From: a bacterium
GTDB lineage: Bacteria > Patescibacteriota > UBA1384 > 2-12-FULL-50-11
Length of the DNA stretch: 54,301 nucleotides
NCBI GenBank assembly: GCA_021463485.1
Contig: JAJTYJ010000004.1
Span: 1 to 54,301, forward strand
Reading direction: 5' to 3'
Shown: positions 46,840 to 54,301 of the stretch, one piece after another
Position numbering within the stretch: the first letter of the stretch is position 1
How the letters are laid out: every line of letters begins with the position of its first letter
Notes under the pieces: model-generated
What the model was told of the DNA's origin: nothing
The model's input: only the letters and a program-made list of their open reading frames with translations
The model's database searches: none
Made by a program: the position numbers and the translations under genes

Positions 46840-49773
46840 ATGAGCGAAAACCGTTTTACAAAAGAGTTGCGTAAACTTAACACTGCTCAACGACAAGCTG
46901 TTGAAGCGATCGAAGGTCCGGTAATGGTAGTAGCTGGGCCAGGTACGGGTAAAACACAAGTTGTCGCGCTTAGAATTGCAGCTATCTTACAGAGCACTCA
47001 GCTGTCGGCAAAAAATATTTTAGCGCTTACTTTTACTGAAGCTGGTGTCGTGGCGCTAAGAGAGCGTCTTAGTAAATATATCGGTGCTGTTTCGTATCAA
47101 GTAACGATCGCGACGTTCCACAGTTTTGCTAACGAAGTTATCGGTACATTCCCTCATATTTTTTCAACCGCTCGTACACTCACTCAACTAGATGATCTTG
47201 AGCGCCTACTACTGCTTGAGAAGATCATCAAAAAAAATCCATCAGTGAAATTACTACGTCCACTTCGAAGCGAAACTGCGCATGTTCGCGATATTGCTAG
47301 CGCGATTAGGACGGCTAAGCAGGAAGCGATCAAGGTTGATCAGATAGTAACGTACGCCCAAGCGCTCGGTCAGAAAGAAGTAAAAAGTAAAGCTGAAGCC
47401 GAACGAGTCAAAAGAACGAGCCAGATCCTGCTTGAGTTCGCAGAGATTTTAACGGAGTACCAAAAAGAGTTGGAACGTCGCTCTGTCTACGATTACGAAG
47501 ATATGATTCTACTGGTACTCTCGGCGCTACAAGAAAACGCAGAAGTTAAAGCATATTTTCAGGAGCGGTATCAATATATTTTAGTTGATGAGTATCAAGA
47601 TACTAACAACGCTCAGAATAGATTAGTTGAGTTACTCGCTGATTTTTTCGAGACACCAAACTTATTTGTTGTCGGTGACGATAAACAAGCCATCTACCGC
47701 TTCCAAGGCGCTTCAGTGACAAATATGTTGAATTTTTATCGAAGGTATCCCGATCTTACAATGATTTCACTAACTCAAAACTACCGAAGCACTCCAGAAA
47801 TTCTGGAAACAGCTCACGAATTAATTTCTTACAACAGCCAGCAACTCTCAAGACAAATCCCAGCCGTGGCTGACTCCCTACTAGCAACTGTAAACCCAGG
47901 GCCACAGCCAGATATTTTAGTAGCTACGACTCAAATTGCTGAACATTTTGTGCTCATCGATCGTCTGAACCGTTTACACAAGGGCGGAATCGCTTGGGAG
48001 GAGATGGCGGTACTTTTTCGAACTAACAGAGAAGCGAATGATTTTCGTGATGCAGCTGAGAAAGCTGGTTTGGTGGTTGCTGGTCTACAGAGTACGGATT
48101 TACTAAAAGAAAGAGAGGTTCAAGTACTAATCCAGCTACTACGAGCAATCAACGATCCGAATAACGACGTGGCAGTTGCCAGCGCGCTTCGAGCTCTTGT
48201 GGGTACAGCTGAGACACTTAATGTATTAGAGGTAATCAAAACTGCCCGTGAATCAAAAAAGAAAATAATCGCAGCTGCCCTTGAAACTACGAAACAGGGC
48301 GTGAAGAGTGTGGCTGATCGTTTTATTGATTGGCATCACCGGCAGGAGCTGCTATCTGTGCCGGAGCTTGTCGAAGAAGTGTTATATCGTGGCGGTGTCC
48401 TCGACGCTGTCCGGAAGCGGCCGCAACACTTATCGAGCCTTGAGTTAATTGCGACGCTAATTGAAAATTGCCGCGAGTTCGCCAAGCGAAACCAAACTGC
48501 GCAGCTCTCTGATTGGCTCGAATACCTTGAACTACATCGGACGTACGGTCTGTCTTTTTCGGTTAATCGATCCCGTGCTGAAACTGCGGGCGTGTTTATT
48601 AATACTGTTCACCAGGCAAAGGGACTCGAATTCGACGTTGTATTTATTCCTCATGCCACCGATCGCGTTTGGCGCGTTAAGCCGAATCGTTCTACGGTAA
48701 AAATTCCTGGTGAGCTGATCGGTGCGGCCGGTACTGATAACGATGAGTTAGAAGATATGAGACGACTGTTTTATGTGGCGATAACTCGTGCAAGAAAGCA
48801 ACTAATTATTTCGTATTCGCAAATCGGCGCTGATGGTCGCGATGAGCTTCCAAGCCAGTTAGTTAAAGAAATAGAATCGACTACTAGGTCGGAGATGCTG
48901 ACGATTAAAGAAACACAACTTAGCCGGTTCATTACTCTACAACTCTCCCCTACTCCCGACTCCTCAATCAACTCCGCCGAACTCTCTTTTATTCGGGAGC
49001 GTGTGGCTCAAGCCCCATTCTCATTCACAGCGTACTGGGACTATAAAAAATGCCCACGAACTTACTTGCTTAAACACGTTTACAAATTACCAACGCCGTT
49101 CACGCCAAGCTTGGCTTACGGCGACTCAGTCCACGCCGCTCTTGAGCGTTTTAATCGAGACTATAAGGCGTTCAAGAAATTACCAGCTAAACAAAAACTG
49201 CTCCAATATTTTAAAGAAGAGATACATAAGAGTATTCCGTACGCCAACCGAGACACTTTTCTTGAGCAGGGCATCGATGTACTAAATGAGTTTTACGACT
49301 CCCACGTATCTGTATGGGTTAGGCCGCTTGGAACTGAGTACAGTTTTAGGCCGCATCAGGTGATGTTAGAAAAGGTTTGGCTAAACGGTAAAATCGATTG
49401 CATTGAGCCGATTAACTCAACAACAAAAAATGTTCGGATTATCGACTATAAAACTGGTTCCCAATCGAGAACTGCAAACTATATCGAGGGGAAAACCCAG
49501 GATTCTGACGGTAAAATGAAAGCACAGCTAGTATTCTACGCTATGCTGTGTGAACTCGACCCACTTTTTCCGTATCAAGCAAAAGAATTCGCCATCCAAT
49601 TTATCGATGATAAAAAGACGTTTCGTTGCGAAGTTTTTCAGATTACTACTGATGAAATTAAACAAATGAAGCGAGATGTTGTAGATTCCTACAACGAGAT
49701 ACTCTCAAGAAAAGAATTTCCTATCGGTGACGAGGAGTCAGAAATCGTTCAACTGTTCCAACAATTAACTTAG
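46840..49773 (+). CDS. UvrD/PcrA-type SF1 helicase fused to a C-terminal PD-(D/E)XK (RecB/Cas4-like) nuclease
   Basis: AGPGTGKTQ Walker A, DEYQDTN, and VHQAKGLEFD motifs. C-terminal KIDCIE...IIDYKTG nuclease motif. Confidence 0.85.
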   Translation: MSENRFTKELRKLNTAQRQAVEAIEGPVMVVAGPGTGKTQVVALRIAAILQSTQLSAKNILALTFTEAGVVALRERLSKYIGAVSYQVTIATFHSFANEVIGTFPHIFSTARTLTQLDDLERLLLLEKIIKKNPSVKLLRPLRSETAHVRDIASAIRTAKQEAIKVDQIVTYAQALGQKEVKSKAEAERVKRTSQILLEFAEILTEYQKELERRSVYDYEDMILLVLSALQENAEVKAYFQERYQYILVDEYQDTNNAQNRLVELLADFFETPNLFVVGDDKQAIYRFQGASVTNMLNFYRRYPDLTMISLTQNYRSTPEILETAHELISYNSQQLSRQIPAVADSLLATVNPGPQPDILVATTQIAEHFVLIDRLNRLHKGGIAWEEMAVLFRTNREANDFRDAAEKAGLVVAGLQSTDLLKEREVQVLIQLLRAINDPNNDVAVASALRALVGTAETLNVLEVIKTARESKKKIIAAALETTKQGVKSVADRFIDWHHRQELLSVPELVEEVLYRGGVLDAVRKRPQHLSSLELIATLIENCREFAKRNQTAQLSDWLEYLELHRTYGLSFSVNRSRAETAGVFINTVHQAKGLEFDVVFIPHATDRVWRVKPNRSTVKIPGELIGAAGTDNDELEDMRRLFYVAITRARKQLIISYSQIGADGRDELPSQLVKEIESTTRSEMLTIKETQLSRFITLQLSPTPDSSINSAELSFIRERVAQAPFSFTAYWDYKKCPRTYLLKHVYKLPTPFTPSLAYGDSVHAALERFNRDYKAFKKLPAKQKLLQYFKEEIHKSIPYANRDTFLEQGIDVLNEFYDSHVSVWVRPLGTEYSFRPHQVMLEKVWLNGKIDCIEPINSTTKNVRIIDYKTGSQSRTANYIEGKTQDSDGKMKAQLVFYAMLCELDPLFPYQAKEFAIQFIDDKKTFRCEVFQITTDEIKQMKRDVVDSYNEILSRKEFPIGDEESEIVQLFQQLT

Positions 49774-50043
49774 CGCTTTATCGATGGCGTCGGCGAGAGT
49801 CTTTTTGCTCTGAGCGCCGACGAACTGCTGTACCACTTCTCCGTCTTTTTCAATAAAGTACGTTGGCATCGCCATGACCTGGTATTTCTGAACGACAGAC
49901 TGATTCGTAGGATCATCAACGTCGTATTTCGTAACGGTCAGTTTACCGCTGTATTCTTTTTCGAGCTCTTCTACGATCGGATGCATCACTTTACACGGTC
50001 CGCACCAAGCCGCCCAGAAATCTATTAGTGTTACGTTGCTCAT
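49765..50043 (-). CDS. trxA: thioredoxin
   Basis: WAAWCGPCK active site. SD AGGAGG sits before the ATG at 50043. The track's longer 50097 start overlaps the neighbouring gene. Confidence 0.9.
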   Translation of the reverse strand: MSNVTLIDFWAAWCGPCKVMHPIVEELEKEYSGKLTVTKYDVDDPTNQSVVQKYQVMAMPTYFIEKDGEVVQQFVGAQSKKTLADAIDKALS

Positions 50044-50050
50044 TTTCCTC

Positions 50051-50605
50051 CTATTTAATCCTCGCCAACTGTAACGATCGGACCGCCCAATTGTCAAACG
50101 CGGTTTTTACTGCAGTTTTGTGAGCGTACTGATACATCGCGAAGAATCCGACGCCGAACAACACATCCCCGATTACCATATTACGCAGAAACGGTAAACC
50201 CATAACATAACATTGGTATAAACCGGCTGTGGTTTTTGGATAGAGCGCTGAACTTGCCCAGACGCCGAAATTGGTAATGATAAAGAATGATACTGCGTTT
50301 ACAACGGAGATGATGGCTACAAGCTTTAAGTTCGCAGACTTCTTTAAAAACGACTCAGCCAGAAATACTCCGATTGCGATACTGGCGTAGACGTACGGCA
50401 TCGTAGCATGGAAACCGAGAAAAATATCAGTTACAAACATCGTTAGAAGCGGTAATAAGTAATTCCATGGTCTGGCAACCATCGCACCACCAAATAAGCT
50501 ACTAGCCCCAATCGGCGTCATATTGGCGGGATGCGGAATTAATCTACCGAGCGCAGCAATACAGGTTAAAACGATGGCAGTTGGTGAGTTTGACTCGCTT
50601 CTCAT
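50051..50605 (-). CDS. small polytopic membrane protein, putative vitamin/cofactor transporter
   Basis: 184 aa, about 6 TM segments. The N-terminal GRLIPHPANMTPIGASSLFGGA motif is one I associate with a DUF-type putative transporter family. The substrate is inferred from context only. Confidence 0.6.
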   Translation of the reverse strand: MRSESNSPTAIVLTCIAALGRLIPHPANMTPIGASSLFGGAMVARPWNYLLPLLTMFVTDIFLGFHATMPYVYASIAIGVFLAESFLKKSANLKLVAIISVVNAVSFFIITNFGVWASSALYPKTTAGLYQCYVMGLPFLRNMVIGDVLFGVGFFAMYQYAHKTAVKTAFDNWAVRSLQLARIK

Positions 50606-50753
50606 GTGTCTATCAGGATATCATAGCCGCCGTATTAATAAAGAAGCCCTCGGGATTAACCGAGGGCTTCTTGTTGTTTTCTAAAGACGGTAGTACTGGA
50701 AACGACGGGAGGGGATCGACCGTTTCCAGCACTACCGTCCCTATTAACTTAAC
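50606..50753 (-). promoter_or_regulatory. structured 5' leader with a 19-bp hairpin and an intrinsic terminator (riboswitch/attenuator candidate)
   Basis: Stem 50686-50704/50721-50739 has a G:U pair only when read on the minus strand. Terminator GAAGCCCTCGG(50643-53)/CCGAGGGCTTC(50660-70) plus a U-rich tract. Confidence 0.5.
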
Positions 50754-50759
50754 GCCACC

Positions 50760-50788
50760 ACTATACCGATTTTTCTCCAGAAAGTCAA
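50760..50788 (-). promoter_or_regulatory. near-consensus sigma70 promoter for the transporter leader
   Basis: Minus strand reads TTGACT(50788-83), 17-nt spacer, TATAGT(50765-60). Confidence 0.6.
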
Positions 50789-50799
50789 CTCAATTACAC

Positions 50800-51339
50800 C
50801 TAATCTCTTGTGTACTTCCAAATCGCCTCAGGCTGCTTTTGGAGGAAATTGTAATACCTCGCAGCTTGAAAAAGGTAATCAGAAAGCCGGTTGAGGTACA
50901 CACCGATTTCAAGGATTTTCTGATCGCTGTCCAGACGATGATAATTTCTCTCGGCTTGTCGTATAAACGTTCGGGCTTGGTGTATGGTAGCGCCTGCAAC
51001 GGAGCCACCGGCTAAGATAAAATTTTTCAATTCGGGCAACTGTTTATCCCAGATATCAATTTGATGTTCCAGGTGCTTGGTTAGAGCCGGCAACTCGGCA
51101 ATTATTGGCATCTCTAACGGTTTTTCGGAGGCAAGCGTCGCCCCGATCGCCAAAAAATGGCGCTGAATATTTTGTAACTCGTCGCGTAACCCTTTGTCTT
51201 TTATTTGCGCTACTGCTAACCCGATTGTGGCGCTGGTTTGGTCTAGGCCTCCTAGTACCTCGAAGAGACGATCGGCTTTGCTAAGCCGTCGTCCTCCGGG
51301 TAACCCAGTCTCACCGTTATCCCCTTTTTTGGTGTATAT
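50800..51339 (-). CDS. PduO-type ATP:cob(I)alamin adenosyltransferase, apparently initiated at ATA
   Basis: The frame is open from the RNR stop. The conserved N-terminus (I)YTKKGDNGETGLPGGRRLSKAD precedes the first ATG (51153) by about 60 codons. GGAG lies 8 nt before the ATA at 51339. Confidence 0.75.
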   Translation of the reverse strand: MYTKKGDNGETGLPGGRRLSKADRLFEVLGGLDQTSATIGLAVAQIKDKGLRDELQNIQRHFLAIGATLASEKPLEMPIIAELPALTKHLEHQIDIWDKQLPELKNFILAGGSVAGATIHQARTFIRQAERNYHRLDSDQKILEIGVYLNRLSDYLFQAARYYNFLQKQPEAIWKYTRD

Positions 51340-51357
51340 CGGTATTACTCCGCCTCG

Positions 51358-54301
51358 CTAGCTACAGCCACCGGTAGTCGAACCGCACGACAAACAAGTG
51401 TAACAGGTACCGGTTTTAGTTGTCATCGATCCACAGGTTGGACACGGCGGAGCGTCTGAGGAGGTTGCTGGCGGCGGTGAGGTAATATCAGAATCGTCTT
51501 GATCTTCTTCTACGTCTTTCTCGCTTTCGCCGAGCTTAATCGGTACAGCGACGCCCGGTCCGTTTGTTTCTAGCTCAAGCGGCGCCTGACTCGAAGCGGC
51601 AGGGTTATCGGATTTAATACCGATCTCTTGTTGTTCTGCGGTGGAGAGGAACTTAATTCCAAGGTAGCGCGCGATGTAGTCTACGATCGATTTGGCGATG
51701 CGAATCTGTGGGTTGGAAGTGAACCCGTACGGCTCGAAACGACTATTGGCAAATTTTCTAATAATAACGGATAACGGTACGCCGTATTGCAGCGCCATCG
51801 AGATCGAAGTAGCAAAAGCGTCCATCAAACCGCTAATCACACTCCCCTGTTTTGCCATAGTAATAAAGATCTCGCCGGGTTGACCGTCTTCGTAGAGACC
51901 GACGGTGATATAGCCCTCATGTCCAGCGATGCTGAATTTATGAGTGATCGCCTGGCGTTCGTCGCTAAGGCGTCGGCGTCGTGGCTTATAAACAACAACA
52001 GTTTCTTGCGATTTTTCCTCTTTCTCCTCCTCTTTTTTCGTGTTGAGTGGTTGAGACAACTTCGATCCATCGCGGTACAAGGCTAGCGCTTTAATGCCTA
52101 ATTTCCAGGATTGGATATAAACGTCTTTAACATCCTCTACTGTCGCCTCGCGAGGCATGTTGATAGTTTTCGAGATTGCTCCTGAGATAAATGGCTGAAC
52201 TGCGGCCATCATATGAACGTGAGCCATCGCTTTAATATAGCGAGTCCCCTTTGATCCACACTTGTTAGCACAGTCGAAAACTGGGTAGTGCTCAACCTTT
52301 AGGTGAGGTGCCCCTTCCAACATCTGCGTACCGCAAATAACCTCGTTTGTCTGGGTAACCTCGGAGTCGGTAAAGCCAATATGTTTAAGGAAGGAAAAGC
52401 CCGATTTTTGCTCGATCTCAGGAGTAATTCCGAGACGATTAAACGCGTCTTCACCAAGCGAAAAACGGTTGAATGCGTAGGTAATGTCGAACGCGCTTTT
52501 TAATGAATCCTCAATCTTTTGGATCTCACTATCAAGTAGTCCCTTTTTCACTAACGAGGCTCTATTAATCGGTGTACTGCCGTCGAGGCTGCCAGTACCA
52601 ACCGCGTAGTCGATAATTTCTTTACGTTGTGTTTCTGTGTACCCAAGATTTTTTAGCGCTTGTTGGACAGCGTTATTAACAATTTTCATCGAGCCGCCAC
52701 CAGCGAGCTTTTTGAATTTAACTAACGCAAAATCCGGCTCAACACCGGTAGTATCACAATCCATCAGTAGTCCAATCGTCCCAGTCGGAGCGATAACCGT
52801 TGCTTGTGAGTTTCGGTAACCGAACTGTTCGCCGAGCGCTACCGCTTCGTCCCAGTCTTGTTTGGCGGCTTCAAATAGATCGGTTGGGCAGTGTTTCTCG
52901 TTGATTTTATAAGCAGCGGCTCGGTGTTTCTTCATAACATTTAACATCGGCGCGCGGTTGCGTACGAAACCGTTAAACGGACCCTTAACGGCAGCGATTT
53001 CCGCTGACGTTTTATAGGCGTGGCCGCACATAATAGCGGTTAACGCTCCACCGATGGCAAAGCCCTCTTCTGAGTCGTAGGGTACGCCTTTGAGCATCAA
53101 TAGCGCACCAAGATTGGCGTAGCCGAGGCCGAGCGGTCGGTAGTCGTGGCTGTTTTTGGCGATCGTTGCGGTTGGGTACGAAGATAAATCTACTTCTATT
53201 TCTTGGCCGATAAACATTATGCGGCAAGCGTGACGATAACCAGCAATATCAAACTCGCCGTTCTCGTTAATGAACTTACCCAAGTTAATCGACGCTAAAT
53301 TACAAGCCGAGTCGTCGAGAAACATATATTCCGAGCACGGGTTGGAGGCGTTGATTCGGTCGGTATTTGGGCAGGTGTGCCATTCGTTAATAGTCGTATC
53401 AAATTGAACGCCAGGGTCTGCGCACTTCCAGGCTGCCTGTGCGATTCGATCCATTAACTCCCGGGCCTTAAATGTTTTTATAGGCTCTTTAGTAGTAACG
53501 CTTCGGGTTTGCCATTCGCCGTCATTTTCGTAGGCGTGCATAAATTCGTCGGTAATCCGAACTGAATTGTTGGAATTTTGCCCAGAAACAGTGCTGTACG
53601 CCTCACCGTTAAAATCCGACTCGTAGCCAGCGTCAATTAGTATCTGAACTTTTCTCTCTTCTTTTACCTTCCACTCAATAAAGTCCTCGATTTCAGGGTG
53701 ATCAATGTTAACGACCACCATTTTTGCTGCTCGTCTGGTAGTACCGCCGGATTTAGTTGCGCCTGCCGCACGGTCAAAAACACGTAGAAAACTCATCATC
53801 CCGCTTGAGTAACCGCCGCCGCTCAATCGTTCAAAGCGACTTCTAAGCGTGGAGAAATTGGCGCCAGCTCCCGAGCCGTACTTAAAGATATGCGACTCTG
53901 TTTTTACTAACTCAAAGATTCCCGGCAACGTGTCGGTAACCGATAAAATAAAACAAGCCGAACATTGCGGATTACGATAAGCAGTTTTTGTTTCTAAAAC
54001 TTTATCTTCTTTGAAATCCCAGTAGAAAGATCCACCCTGCCCTTGTATTCCGTATTGGTGATATAAACCGCAGTTAAACCATACCGGTGAGTTGAAGGCC
54101 GCTCGTTGCGTAAGAAGTAGATAAATAAGTTCTTCCTCATAAGCCTGGCGGTCACCGGCGCTGGCGAAGTAACCGAATTTCTCGCCGAAATCTGCGATCG
54201 TGTGAGCGATACGAAAAATCGGTTGTTTAACCGATGTCTCTCTCCCCTCTTTCGTTGGTAACCCTGCTTTGCGAAAATATTTATAAGCGATAATATCAGT
54301 A
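51358..54301 (-). CDS. nrdJ: adenosylcobalamin-dependent (class II) ribonucleotide reductase. The 5' end runs off the window.
   Basis: NPCSEYMFLDDSACNLASINL, QCSACFILSV, and a C-terminal CPTCGS...CYTCLSCGS ribbon. The frame is open to 54300 (TDIIAYKYFRKAG...). Confidence 0.9.
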   Translation of the reverse strand, partial: TDIIAYKYFRKAGLPTKEGRETSVKQPIFRIAHTIADFGEKFGYFASAGDRQAYEEELIYLLLTQRAAFNSPVWFNCGLYHQYGIQGQGGSFYWDFKEDKVLETKTAYRNPQCSACFILSVTDTLPGIFELVKTESHIFKYGSGAGANFSTLRSRFERLSGGGYSSGMMSFLRVFDRAAGATKSGGTTRRAAKMVVVNIDHPEIEDFIEWKVKEERKVQILIDAGYESDFNGEAYSTVSGQNSNNSVRITDEFMHAYENDGEWQTRSVTTKEPIKTFKARELMDRIAQAAWKCADPGVQFDTTINEWHTCPNTDRINASNPCSEYMFLDDSACNLASINLGKFINENGEFDIAGYRHACRIMFIGQEIEVDLSSYPTATIAKNSHDYRPLGLGYANLGALLMLKGVPYDSEEGFAIGGALTAIMCGHAYKTSAEIAAVKGPFNGFVRNRAPMLNVMKKHRAAAYKINEKHCPTDLFEAAKQDWDEAVALGEQFGYRNSQATVIAPTGTIGLLMDCDTTGVEPDFALVKFKKLAGGGSMKIVNNAVQQALKNLGYTETQRKEIIDYAVGTGSLDGSTPINRASLVKKGLLDSEIQKIEDSLKSAFDITYAFNRFSLGEDAFNRLGITPEIEQKSGFSFLKHIGFTDSEVTQTNEVICGTQMLEGAPHLKVEHYPVFDCANKCGSKGTRYIKAMAHVHMMAAVQPFISGAISKTINMPREATVEDVKDVYIQSWKLGIKALALYRDGSKLSQPLNTKKEEEKEEKSQETVVVYKPRRRRLSDERQAITHKFSIAGHEGYITVGLYEDGQPGEIFITMAKQGSVISGLMDAFATSISMALQYGVPLSVIIRKFANSRFEPYGFTSNPQIRIAKSIVDYIARYLGIKFLSTAEQQEIGIKSDNPAASSQAPLELETNGPGVAVPIKLGESEKDVEEDQDDSDITSPPPATSSDAPPCPTCGSMTTKTGTCYTCLSCGSTTGGCS

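Noticed and set aside
50606-50753. A THF riboswitch, because the leader begins GCGUUAAGU...AAUAGGGACG, which resembles the THF aptamer core.
   Set aside because: I could not find the complementary P1/P2 3' strands, and the 19-bp perfect hairpin is unlike the THF P3. The resemblance may be coincidental.

Overview
This 54.3-kb window comes from a small-genome bacterium that uses the standard genetic code: RF2 is present and TGA serves as a stop codon. Gene content and organisation look like Patescibacteria/CPR, but that is an inference, not a search result. The backbone is housekeeping. It holds a 15-gene type IV pilus block (2.2-13.4 kb), rnhA and a SEDS protein. It also holds the rplU-secE-nusG-rplK and rplA-rplJ-rplL ribosomal genes, which are separated here by about 13 kb. 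That interval carries an M16 peptidase, dprA, topA, recR, cysS, prfB, ybaB and pth. Further on are tgt, secDF, a GDP-mannose pyrophosphorylase, an RluA-type synthase, a UvrD-nuclease fusion, and a B12 module (class II RNR, PduO adenosyltransferase, putative transporter, thioredoxin).

The parts that deserve a second look are:
- A 139-nt tmRNA-like gene whose 3' end is duplicated in tandem. It abuts a high-G+C islet encoding secreted and serine-rich proteins, with no integrase.
- Several promoter-plus-terminator bounded, ORF-free structured regions that I could not assign to any RNA family: 17.9-18.1 kb(-), 24.0-24.4 kb(+), 34.3-34.6 kb(-), 46.5-46.8 kb(-) and 50.6-50.8 kb(-).
- Two small families of conserved intergenic hairpins.
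- An AT-rich cassette with a zinc-ribbon-HEPN protein and two miniproteins, next to a G+C-rich fatty-acid-hydroxylase-family gene.
- A tandem pair of orphan VirD4/TraD-like ATPases.
- Two conserved genes (pilC and the adenosyltransferase) whose only Shine-Dalgarno-supported in-frame start is ATA.

I found no rRNA, tRNA, CRISPR array, transposase or integrase. All protein calls rest on motifs I recognised by eye in the supplied translations. No database search was run.
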